DNA from: the human T2T-CHM13v2.0 reference genome, Homo sapiens
Strand: one strand, 5' to 3'
Assembly: GCF_009914755.1 (NCBI RefSeq)
Contig: NC_060932.1
Length of the DNA stretch: 64,000 bases
The notes beneath the pieces are model-generated. The model was not told the origin of the DNA, made no database searches, and was given only the letters and a program-made list of their open reading frames with translations. Shown one piece after another: positions 1 through 15,470 of the stretch. Numbering within the stretch: the stretch's first letter is position 1; each line of letters begins with the position of its first letter. A program made the translations under genes and the position numbers.

Positions 1-1617
1 ATTTCATGTATTTTAGGCATATATGAATAAATAATATATGTACATTTAAAGTTCAATTTCATAGAAACTAGTATACCCCTGAAAACAATAGATGTGTCTA
101 GGAGACAGAAGAATTGTCCTTTGTAAAATTTCGCTACAGTTGCAGCAAAGTTATTTGTTGATAAATGAGAGAAACAGACTACTCATAAACTATGGCCTTT
201 GTAATACTGAACAGAGTCTAGAATTATGATAATCATATGGTTTCCGCGAGATCTAGCTGATATGCCTTTTTGAGATGATAACTTCTGTCCTTGAGACACT
301 TCACTTTTTTTTTCACTTATCTCCAGCATTGAATAAAGCCCCTCTTTTCCCTGTTTTGAGTTTGTTATCATATGTGTCACATGATTACTATCATAGTTTA
401 CTGCTTCACAAGAATTCATACAGTTTTCCTATATTTTGGGTGCTTACCACATCCCAGACCAGGTGTTCTAGTTCCGTATTTCTATATTTTCTCCTTTACA
501 GTGAACCATACTTGGCTTTCAAGTTCCATTTTGCTCTTGGAACCTGCCTGTTCTCAGTCCCTGCTTTGCTTTTGGTTGCTGCCACCTGTTTCTCAGATGC
601 AGCTCCATGTTCGACAGCCTGTGGATATATCCCAACTACTTCCTTATTTAGATCAGGCTTCAGCCTAGGAGAAGGAAATTTAGATTTGAGCAGAACATTT
701 AAATAAAGTTCAAATTGTCTCCAAGGGTTATAATTATAAAGAAATCTTACTGTAGGAGGCATTGGGAAGATACAATTTTAGTAATCTTCCAATGGATTGG
801 TTCATCTTAATTATTTAATTGTATTTCTATCAATAATAGCAGTGGCAAGAAAAGTAATAAAATTAGGCCTAGATCGTTTTTCACAGGTTTAAATGCAGTG
901 GTTTATGTTCCCTTGACTGATTGTACAACTTCAGTCACATATGGTGAGGTCAATATTTATTAAACTATGCATCCAAGTGTTTGTGAGTAAAAATGTAGTA
1001 CTTTCTAGCATTCATATTACTATGATAGTATGCTTGGAGATATTTTTGATATCAGCTTTGATAATAAATTTTATCTGGAATAAACCTAGCGAAACTTTTT
1101 AAATCCCTAAAGATGATAGCATATAAAACAACAAATAATATTTAAACTGCACTCTCATTTCCACTAATAGGGTGGACCAAGTTTCTTGACTGCTTCTTCC
1201 ACTAAAAAACAAACAAACAAACAAAAAACAAAAACAAAAACAAAAAACTAAAAGAAGAGATAAAATGTAAAAGCATCCAAACATATAGAAGTGCAAACAA
1301 GAGAATAATCATCTAGGCCAAAATATAAATGCGGGCAGGAATTGAGTGAGAAAAAATTGCTTTTATCCTAAGGACATATGCCAAATCTGGAAACATCTTA
1401 GCTTTGGTTTCTCTCAAGCTCAAAAAAAAAAAAGAAAAAAACTGTACTCCTTTAAGATCTATAAAAATATGCTGTTTTAATACTGTTTCATTAAACATCA
1501 TAATAGTTAGACTATTATGATGACTAACCTGATTTCACAGATGTTTGGCTATTGTGTTTTATCACCCATCAGGTGATAAGAAACTTTAATGGTGGTAGAC
1601 TATATGCTTCTCAAAAT

Positions 1618-1643
1618 TGTGTGTGTGTGTGTGTGTGTGTGTG
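1618..1643. repeat. (TG)n microsatellite
   Basis: Uninterrupted TG dinucleotide run read directly. Confidence 0.95.
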
Positions 1644-1662
1644 GTGTACACATTTTCTTAAA

Positions 1663-1800
1663 CTGTAGAAAGAGCATGCGTTTTGGTTTCAGACCTGTGT
1701 TGGAATTCTGACTTTCCTTCATTTGATGTGATGCAGATTATTTAATTCCTCCGAAGACTTGGTTTATTCATCTGCAAAATGGGGAGAAAGATACCTATGT
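1663..1800 (+). mobile_element. MIR SINE fragment
   Basis: GTAGAAAGAGCA...CAGACCTG...TCATCTGCAAAATGGGGA resembles the MIR 5' part and core motif. Boundaries approximate. Confidence 0.6.
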
Positions 1801-4800
1801 CCCAGGTTCCCTCACTCCTCACATCCAATCCATTATTGAGGCCTGTCATTTCTTCTTTGAAAAAATATATAATAGGCATAATATTTCTGAGATGTAAGCC
1901 AACCAATGTATTTTCTTTCTTGGAAATTTCTGGTCCCTAGTTGTCTCATCAGTCTATATCAAGAGCCACCCCTGGTAGACCTTCATTGGAGAGTTAGTTT
2001 TATATTATGGAGAGGATACTGTTTCCACCTGAGTTTACTAGGTCATGAGGCTCCTGGCCTATAAGAATAATGGCCAAATGATGTAAGATAAATTCAGATT
2101 CGATGGAAAGAGAAACGGGAAAGCTTACTCTTTCTGGTCCTTTAGAATGTAGGAAAAAAAGAAGCAAGTAGTTAACCACATGTCTGTTCCTGTTTGAAAT
2201 CGTAGAAGTGGAGAACGAAAAGGAGCAGATGCTTGTGTCTCTTCTTATTGAAAGGCTACTTAAAATAGGCCAGCATCAGTGGTGGGGGTCCAGTAAGAGT
2301 TAAAAAGTGTTTCAGAAAATGTTTAAGCACCGAAAGGATTTAAATTAGTCATCACAGGTGTCCTTAACAGATGCAGAAGTTTCTACCTGCCTTGTGGTGG
2401 GCAGCATGATCTATGCATTGAGAAGTAGGTTACCTGCAGCAAGGGCTCCGTAACTGAGAATGAGTGTCTTCCCCCACAGAATCTGAGGTCTGGCAGCTCA
2501 GACAGAAGCTGGGTGGAGGGTGTGATTGTGTTCAGAAGGTCCACCAGTGCACCAAGAGTCAAGATGAGACCAAGTCAGCAAAAAGAGGACCCCAAACATT
2601 TATCATACAAGAGAACAAAATTTCATCAAGTACAATCCCAGTAAGAGAAGCCAGGGAAACTCTCAGTGACCAGGTAGTAAAGGGAAATTCTCCAAAGGGA
2701 AGAGATGACCCCAACGACAGCCACGACCCTGTTTCCAACCTCACTAAGGACATTTAAGCCTGCTTGTTCTCCACAGAAGTCACATGCTCCTATATTAAAT
2801 TCTACGATTTTAAAGTTTTAATATTTATATTTAGATCTTTAAGACTCTGTGAATTGTGTATGTGTGTATATCTGTATGAAATGTAGTCAGGATCTGATTT
2901 TACCATTTCCCATGTGGATAACTTGTTCCAGCATTCCTTCTTATCTCAGAGAAAAAGGGGTCCTTCTTAACACTAACTCTTCCACCTGTTCTTTCAGTTT
3001 CTCCATCTTTCCACCTTTCAAAATCCTACTCCATTACTTAACCTATTTCATTTCTCATCTTAATTTCTTTTTTTCTACCATTTTCATATTTTCTGTTTAC
3101 AAATGGGCTTATGTTCCCTCTATTTCCTTCAACCCACATTTATACATCAGTTAAGGCCACTATTTTTAATTTCTATCAAGTTCTTTGAAATGATAACAAA
3201 TGTTTGGTGTGCATGCTCTTAACCTTCTCCCAATCATACTCAGACTGCAGTATTTACCTATAACCTAGTTACTAAGTCAGTTAACCTGTTTTTGTCCCTC
3301 ATCAAATGTATTATTTTTGCTGCATCTAATATGGCCTGTTTACTTCTTGATAGTGTTCTCACTTTTAGTTCTGTGACATTATTTTTCTTTGGTTTTCTTT
3401 CCATCTACCTGGTCACTGTTTCTGTGGCATTTTTCCTTGTTGTTCCTTTCTCTCAGTATAATGAATCTGTCCATAGGGAAAAATAGAAATAATCTTTGAA
3501 ACATTAAAGTTCTGTTGATAATATAAATTTTATTGATGATTGGAAATATAGCCTATCTCTAATATAGTTATTTGATCCCTCCAAGTTATAAATAAATTAT
3601 ATAATCAAATTAATATCATAAAAATTTATTTGGTTTTCTATTGCAGATGTTTTCTTTCTCCTTTTATTTCCTCTATGATTGAGAAAATCATACTTAACAT
3701 TGTCAAAAAATGAACACATGCTAGTTAAAATACATTTGGGATGGAAGTTAAATATGTGTTATTTATCAGCATCAAGCCAGCATTAGAATTAAAAAAAAAA
3801 AAAAAACTGCAGTGAGGTTCTTTTTATTAAAATGTAACCAAAATAACTCCTTTGAAATAGTTATCTTTAAGATTGTCACTGGTTATTTTTTATGGTTTAA
3901 CACTCTCAAATAAATGTTCATCTTGCAAAAATCTGCATGTAATACATACTGATGCATAAAGAAAATGCATCAACTAAGCAGATTGTTCTGTGATGACTTG
4001 GATTATCAAACATTTGCAAGTTAAATTCAATATTACTGTATAAATTTGAAGAATTAACTAAAATTAACATAATTTATTTATTCTGTTAGTGAATAACCAA
4101 AATTTTAAAGTTCCTCAAGCTATTTTAAATGCTTATTAGGATAATTATAATTATTCATTTCTATTTAAAAATTAAATGATGTTAGCCCTACAGTGTTTGG
4201 TGAATATAAAAATATATATCATTGAATTATAAATCATTTTGTCTCCAGCTGCCAACTTGAAATGCCAGGCATTTCACTTATCTTCATATTTCATATAATG
4301 TTGAACTATTTATGGTCCCTGTGCTGCCATATGTAAAAGAGCAATATTCATTAACTCTTCATGCTTCATGAAGCAAAAAGGGTTATTTCATTTGTGAGCT
4401 TCTTTCGTAATAAAGACTCGTCAAATTTTCTACGTTATTTATCTTTCCCACCTTACGTGATTGTAGGCATCCAGAATTTTCCCACTGAGAGTGTTTATTA
4501 ATTTGTTTTCTTCATAGTAATAAACCATAAGCCCAGTGAGGGTAGGCAACAGGTTAATCTTATAGTCATTATATTCTCAGTGTTTAACAAATTGCCTGAT
4601 TGAGATGAATAAGTGCATTTATTTTCAAGCATTTTGTTTTTATTTTTGATATAGTTATTCACTAAAACGATCCACTCACATCACTTATTCATGCCTGATG
4701 TTGTCAAAACAATATTAAAATATATCGCTTCATGTCAGAGACCTTCAGTATTATATCTGAAGACACAGGTTAATACATGTGGATCACTTTCAGTGTAAAA

Positions 4801-5749
4801 CATTGTCCTATTAATACTACTTGAATATCAAAGAGTACAAATCAAATAGGTATTCAGAAAAGAGGGTCTTTTATGGGGAATCAGACTCCTGGAAGTGACA
4901 GTTGAGTAAAGCTTACAAAAAGAAATATTTGCAACAAATAAGAGGAAACTTTCCTTTCCACATAAATGGAGCAAGACATTGAGGGCTTGAGAAAGGAAAG
5001 ATCATAAACTATTGGAGGGTATAGGAGGCTCCAGAGCTTATTAAAAAAGAAAAGAGTATGTTTGGAAATTTTGTGTTATTTTATCTAGATATAAAGGATT
5101 CTGAAAGGCAGTGAAAGTACTTTTTACTCCAGAGAGTTAAAAAAAATATGGGTCTAATGAATGACTGTGAAGAAAAGATTGCACCCAGTGATGTGTTGAG
5201 GGAGGTTGAAGGTAGATTGAAAAGTAGATAAACTGAAGTGGAGTGTAGAATTGAGTCAGTGAAGATCTGGGTTAAGGTTGGGACAACAGCTGTGAAAGGA
5301 AGAAAAAAGAGGATGGGGTGATTGATTTGAGACAGTTACATTAAAAAAAAAAAAAAAGTGGCCAAACTGAAACAAAGGTGTCAAGTCTGGATAAATAAAT
5401 GAGCAAAGGTGTTATACCAAGATTGAAGAATTGAGAGATGTGGGTAAGTTTCTGATGTATGAAATTTGAGATGATAGCCAGCCAGATACTTATATGAAAA
5501 TATCTAAAAGGATAAAGAAACAACTTAAACTATGTTATGCAAAATAATTTCCATGTCCCACTTACCATATCAAATGCATATACATGTTCACACAGTTTTC
5601 GCCTCTTTAATTGCCTACTTTTTCCAGGAAATTTTCTTTACTTATTCTCATTTTTACAAAATATTTTATAATGCCTTTGTATCAAGAAGAGTAAGATATT
5701 ACACAATCACTTTAAACATAAAATTACCTATTTGAAAAAGATATAAAGT

Positions 5750-5890
5750 TTCCTTTCCTTTAAAATGGGGATAACACTTGCCCTACCCAGCTCACAGGGT
5801 TGTTGAAAGGATCAGAAGAAATGATGGGTATGAAAGCACTTTGAAAACGAAAATCCTTTACAAATGCAAGCTATCATCATTATGATTATA
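5750..5890 (+). mobile_element. MIR SINE fragment
   Basis: TAAAATGGGGATAACA...CTCACAGGGTTGTTGAAAGGATCA...GTATGAAAGCACTT matches the MIR core and 3' part. Confidence 0.65.
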
Positions 5891-8800
5891 CTGTCTCCTC
5901 CATATGAACCTGAAGCAATTTCAATTTCCATTTATCACGTTACTCCCCTAATTCCTGTAGAGCATGTCCCACAAGATTTTTATCATGTGACTCTATTTTA
6001 ATCAACGACAAATGCATTTTCATGAAAGCATAATATTATTTCTATTATAGATATTCTTTGAACTCTGGATAAAGAATAATACACATTTCAAGGACCATTA
6101 TACTTCTGAGAGTTTTTTCCTATCTCTTTCATTTCATAGCTTCCTTTCTCCCATATTACATGGGTGCAATGAAATTTTCATTGAGTGAAGTACCTTATAA
6201 AAACTTGACTGTATGTCCCATCCTCCTTTCCCCTGATTTTATCTTTTTCTTACTCTGTGAATTCAAATTCTCTGATAAGCACCATCCTTCGCTCTGTGGA
6301 TTGACACCAGTCCGTCCTAGGTACCAAATTAAACACTGAAGATGTTTTAAGGAGATGATAGCAATATCATGCTCATTATGTAGTGGAGCTTAAAATTAGA
6401 GCTTGGTACCAACCACATCCAAAAGTTGACATGTTAAAGAGAGTTCTAGTTATTTTTAAGGCTACCTATGCCTCTACTCCATTCCTTCTCCAATTAATAC
6501 TACCCCAATTCTTGCAACATTTGTTTTGTGCCCTGGGCATAATAATGGCAATAAGATAAAGAGAACCTATTGGTACACATAGGTTGTACGAGGACCTAAA
6601 TATTCTTCCACCCCCACAAAGTCCAGGAAAGTAAAGCAAAAGTTAATCCTTTAGTCAGCTTTTCTAGATGTGCAGTATATTTTCAAGCATTTTGCGTGTA
6701 TATGAGTAATCAGATGATCCATTTACATATCTTAAAATTGTTATTTTGGAAAAAATAGCAAATCTGTTACAAACTAAACTACTTTTACATTCCAAACTTG
6801 TTAAAGAAAAAAAATGCTGATTATAATATTAAATGGAGGAAGTTAAATTCAATCAATTTCTAAGAGCTATATAAATTAGTTTTAGAGCAACCCAAATTTC
6901 AGTTATATAACATTATTTTTCAAAAGAAGTTCTTAAAAACCATCTAATTATATAAGACAAAAGATTAGAATAGAAATGAACCTTAAATATGATACTTACT
7001 TCATCTAATGTGTGAGGGATAGTTTTAGAACAAAAGGGACAAGGATGAGTACACCTTATCCATCTACTCTCAGTGGTTAGTTCTGAAGGGCTTCTTCCTA
7101 GCTTCCTGTCTTGGGTGTAAAAGCCACATTGCTGTAGACCATTGAACAATGTCTGTCTTCATTCTGTTACTCCTTTCCTGGAATCTTCCACATGCCTTCT
7201 CCTCAAGATTGACTCTCTTTGTCTCAGAACTTGATTGAACAGTTCATAGGTTTACGAATTACCTTTGCCACTGTATGGCTTTCCTAGCTGCACCTGACAG
7301 GGCTAGCTAGCCTTTGATGTTATGCACAATTCAGGCATCTCACAGACCACACTTAGTAAACTGATCTGTGGCTGGCCCTTAACTTGGCCATTCACCTTCA
7401 TCATCTAAGATAGTTGCCAAGGTTCACCATGCTTCATCTCCAGGATGGCATGGTAAGGAACTGATTTTAGGACCAAGTAGCCACTCCCTCCTTTCTGTAT
7501 CATTCTACTGCCTGTCAAGGTGGCTTTATTATATTTCACCCTGACAACTTTCACTCTGTCTCTCTCCTCTCTTGGCATTTATGCAAAGCAGTGTAAGCAT
7601 TCACTTGGGAAAGAGAGGCATCTTGGCAAAGCTGGGTCTTTTCTGATACTTGAATTAGATCACCAGGTCACTGCAGAGTTATAGAGGAAATAGACTACAT
7701 TTAAGAATTTTCTATAATTGCCAGAAGTCCAAACCTGTAATTACTATTGCCACTCTGGGAGCTTCAAGTGAAGCCTCTGTAGTTAGCCTTTGCCCTTATC
7801 CATCCTGACTTTCCTACCATATTTTGCTACTTTCTCCTTTGTTAGAATTTATATTAGAAATAGATATTTTAAAATTCAGCTCAAAGTTTTTAGACTAGTA
7901 CAAAGAATATTGTTTAATTTACTTGTTACATAACATGTATCAACAAGCAGAGGGGAAATTTAATTGGTGGTAATATAATTGTTAATTTTAACAAAAATTG
8001 GGAACGTTTGACTTTGAAATTTTCAGTTTTTGAGCTCATAATAGAAGACCCATGACCACTTTGTAACTTATCATTTCAATATAGTTCCATTGGGTAGTAG
8101 TACCTTTATTCTGTTTTGAAGATAAGGACACTGAAGGGCATTACAGATGAGGATACTGGAGGTTCAAGAGTTCACAGATTTTCCTGGTTCAGCAACTGAG
8201 AGCTTTCAGACCCAAGTGCTATATATTGGTTACCACACTGGCCTGCCTCTTCCTCACTTAAATTCATCCATTGACTACATATCATCTTCAGGATAAACTA
8301 CCAAGGAATGTTGCAAGGCCTTTCATAATATCACTCTTTCCTACCTCCTCTGTCCTGTTCTTGCTAGTTCACTTCCTATACTTCAGCATTCTAAACCTCA
8401 CGGAGAGCCCTTCCTCTGAAAATGTTGCCTGTCCTTTTCACCTCAATAACTGACACCTATTTGTTGGGCCCAATCCTCTGGGGAAGCCAGTGTCATCAGA
8501 GTTGGCTTCAGATGGTGTCTTGTGAAATCTCTTTTAGCCGTTAGTGCTGTTAAATTATTGGTTCCCTTAGATAAGGCTTGTGAGGGTAGAGAGTGTCTCC
8601 TTCACTTTTGTTTCCTCTTTTCCATTGTCTATAAAATAAATATAATAATAGCTACCTTGTAGATTTATTGGAAGGATTAGAGGTAATGTATGTAAGTAAC
8701 GTAACTAGCAGTGCCAGGGACATGGTAATAAAACCAACAATAACTCATATTTATTAAAATCATTTTCTGTGTGCCAGGTACTATATGGTAGGCACTTAAC

Positions 8801-9351
8801 ATGTATTATCTGTAATCCGTATGTAATGATTACTGAATGGCCTGAACTCACCGCCAAAAAGCACTTTTACTTTTTTTCTTCAAGCATGTTATCAAATCTT
8901 CTCATCTTGTGGTTTGATTCAACTTAGGCAGAGACCATAGCTTTTCTGATTTTGTCATAAACACAATGTAATTTCAATAATTAAAACTTATTTTTATTTA
9001 TTAAAATTTCCAGGCTGTACTTAATTCAGGTAAACTTCAAAATCACTCCTCTCCCCTTAATTCAGTCCTGACTCCTGCCTCCAGCTCTGCATTGCAGAGT
9101 TTGTTGACTGTATTTTTTAAGTATCTCTCAGTAATCAGTGCCTCTGTCAATGGCAGGGATTGACTGCCATGTAGAATATATGTGTAAACTATTCAGAGAA
9201 CCACTCTCTCCCCTACACCACACTATTTGGGATCCCATCTTTCTGACAAAGGACATATTCGCTTTAGCTACCACTCAGCTCCAGCTCTCAGCAGCAATTC
9301 CAGAATCTCCTTCTGCAGTTCCCTTACTTATTTGGGAAGGTGGTTCTTTTC

Positions 9352-12295
<2,944 letters not shown>

Positions 12296-14589
12296 TCATA
12301 AAGCTAGCAAATTACTTTCTGTGGGATGACTGAGCCCATGGAAACGCAGGCATTCTTGTCATGTCTAATAATGGGATGTAGTTCCTCCCAGTCCACTGTC
12401 TCCTCTCCTTGTTTTCTGCTGTTATAGACTGCATCAGCCAACATTATGCATTCTGAATTCTCCAGGAGGGACTGAAGCAGTCATCTCAATGTTCACACGT
12501 TCCTCCAAACTTTAGGGGCCACATGTCAGTTTGTTTCAGAATCTTCTCATCCCAGGGTTATGTGGAGATTTGGCTGCACATCTCTGCAGCTCAGCAAGCC
12601 TGAGGTGAGAATTGAGACACTGCTTTCTTTGCCTTGCAAAATGCACCACTCACTTAACATATGGGAGCACTTGTGAAAAGAAGACAAGTCAGAAGCCCTT
12701 CTCTTCCCTTGGATAACATCTCATTGCGTGGACGACTCTTTCTCTCTCAAAATACTCCATAATTCTGCATTTGAGAGGCCAGAGGTGGTAGGTTGGTAGC
12801 CGGTTTGGCTGCTTATTAGGAAGCCCTAGGAAAGGTGCCTAGTGAGTGCTCTTTAGAATCCCTTCTGTTAACTATTCTCAATATTTAGGGTTTAGCTGAA
12901 ATGTTTGAAACAAAGAAAAGTCCTATTTCACATCTTGTACTTTTAAAGCACTCATTTACATCTAAAGAAATGTGACTGTAGAAGTTAGGTTATATTCCCT
13001 AAGGCCACAAAATTTACTTATTAAAAGTCAAAATCTGATTTGTCTGTAGGTTATTCTCACCCCAAACCTCCTTTTCAGTTCATTGTACTATTTACCTCCA
13101 AATATGATTGTTCAATTATAAGTGGTTACTGTAGGGCATGTGTAAGTTGAGATAAACAGCAACAGAACTCTTCAGTATTTATTTAGATACAGCATAAAAT
13201 TGGGTTTTGATATTGTAGGCATATTAAGGCTAGCCAGCTTAATTGGCTCCTGCATTTGTGCTAACAACTATTAGTCTTTACCCCCCAGTAAGTGAAGAAA
13301 ATACTTGATATAGCTAAAGTAGTACCTAGCTCATTCTGAGACTTCAGTAAATATTGGTTAAATGAGAGACTGCAGGAATTCAAAGTGAGCTGATGCTGCC
13401 ACTCCCAACAAACAGTGACTTCTGCTGAGTTTTTTCTGATACTTTTACTGTGAAGGTCTCACTTTTGTTCATGCATCTGTCATCAACCCTTATATTCAAG
13501 GAAATGTCTCCAGAATTTTTATTGGATGACTGCATTTTCCTTACATGCAAGTAAAAGAAATACCAGGCTTTGAAAGCGGGCTGATTGAGTGAGAGTTGAA
13601 CATTTAATCAGCAAGAACGCACTTAAAAGTGCCAAGTTGTAGCAAAATCTAGGGAATTTTAACTTTACATATGAAATCCTTTTCTGCTCCACTATAGCCT
13701 CAACTTTCTTTCAGTTTTTAAATTTAGAACATTCTGGTAAATGGCCACTGCAGAAGAGTTTAATATGGTACAATAATAATTCTTATTTTTCTCTTACTGC
13801 TCAAAGGAAAAAAAATCTGGATAAATCCCAGGGACCTTTAAGGAGTTTTAGAAACTGTCCTCTTCATTAGGTTAATCCACTAAAGATCAATTAGTTAAAA
13901 TGCTATTTGAAATATTTAGTTCTTTTCTTAGAGATAAAGTATTCATTTGTAAATTGAATCTATTGAAGATATTTCCATATAAAATAAAGAGTGAAAAACA
14001 AAAAAAAAAATTGAATCACAGCTGCTTTATGTGGACTGATAGATACCTTAGTGCATTTGCAGCACAAATCCAACATTTAAAATATTTAAAAATACATCTC
14101 TGTATGTGGAATTTTAGAAAGTATTAAGCTATAGTGAGAGAAAGCTGATCAGCCTGAAGGAGTTGGGGAGGGGCTTGACTGTAAAGAGACATCAGGAAAC
14201 ATTTTCAGGAGTTAGAAATGCTGTCTATCTCGACTGTGATAGTGGTTACAGGAATATTTCCTAGTTGCCCAAATTTACCCAATGGTATACTTACACAATG
14301 GGTGAATCTTTTGTATGTACATTAAAGCTGGCGGGTGGGGAGAAGAGGAAAAAAAATCTTATTGAATTTGGGCTATTTTACTTGTAATATCTTTTATCCT
14401 GATAAAACAGATAGTACTGTGGTAGACAAAGTGTTTTATCATCTACATAGAATAATAAAATCTCAAATTTCAAATGTTATTCATTCACTGTTAGTCAATT
14501 GGCATTAAAGTGTTGCTTTCTGTGTTTCAGGAACAGTGCAATTTGTGAGGTACAGAAAGCCAAATAAAACAGTCTTTGCCTAAAGGAAG

Positions 14590-15157
14590 TGTAATTCATT
14601 ATCCATTGCTATGTAACAAATTACCGCAAAGTTTAATGGCTTAAAACACCACACATTTCTCATCTCAGTTATCATCTGTGAGTCAGGTGTCCAGGTGTTG
14701 CTTAGTTGGTATCTCTGTCTCTACTTTGGGGTATCTCACAAGACTGCAATCAAGAAGTCACTCAGGCCTGGGATCTCATCTGAAAGCTAGACTGGTAAAG
14801 GATCCGCTCCCACGCTCACTTACATAGTCGTTGGCAGAATTCAGTACTTCAAGTGCTGTTGGACTGAGGGCCTCAGTTTCTTACTGGCTGTTGACCAGAA
14901 GCTGCCCTCAGTTCCTTGACAGGTGACCCTCTCCATGTGACTCCTTCATCAAAGAGTGCAGGCTGAAAAGGCAATAGATGGTCAGTTAGGAAAGGGAAGT
15001 CACAATTTTTTATAACCCAGTCACAGAAGTACATCCCTTCAATGACGCTATGTACTGTTGCTTAGAAGGAAGCTACCCAAGAAAAGGGAATTAACAAGGA
15101 CATCAATATCAGGAGGAGGAGACCACTGGCGGTCATTCTAAAGGCTACTTACCACTA
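14590..15157 (-). mobile_element. MaLR solo LTR (MLT1F/G-like)
   Basis: TTGCTATGTAACAAATTACC...GGCTTAAAACA...CTCAC...GTTGGCAGAATTCAGT...CTGAGGGCCTCAGTTTC are MLT1 motifs in antisense orientation. Confidence 0.7.
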
Positions 15158-15242
15158 GAAGCCTAGTTGATTCAACTTACTATCCAGGATTAATACATCA
15201 AGAAGTCATCCAGCAAGTGCTTTAATCTTTTCTGCTACACAG

Positions 15243-15470
15243 AATAGTGTATAAGAGTGGTGGCTTTATAATCAGACTTCTCTTGCTTAAGTTGTCGCTA
15301 ACCCTTATTAGCCATATATCTGGGAATTTATTAAACCTTCTAAGCATCAGTTTCTCACCATAAAATGGTGTATACCTCATAAAGTGTGAAAATTAAACAC
15401 AATAATGAATATATAGTTCTGAGTATGGCACCTGGCAAATAGTAAGCATGCAAATAATGATAATTATTTT
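15243..15470 (+). mobile_element. MIR SINE
   Basis: AACCTTCTAAGCATCAGTTTCTCACCATAAAATGG core and CCTGGCAAATAGTAAGC 3' motif. Confidence 0.65.

Noticed and set aside
275-706. 143-aa plus-strand ORF
   Set aside because: Hydrophobic, low-information translation with no recognisable domain. It is better explained as the antisense shadow of the purine-rich minus strand.
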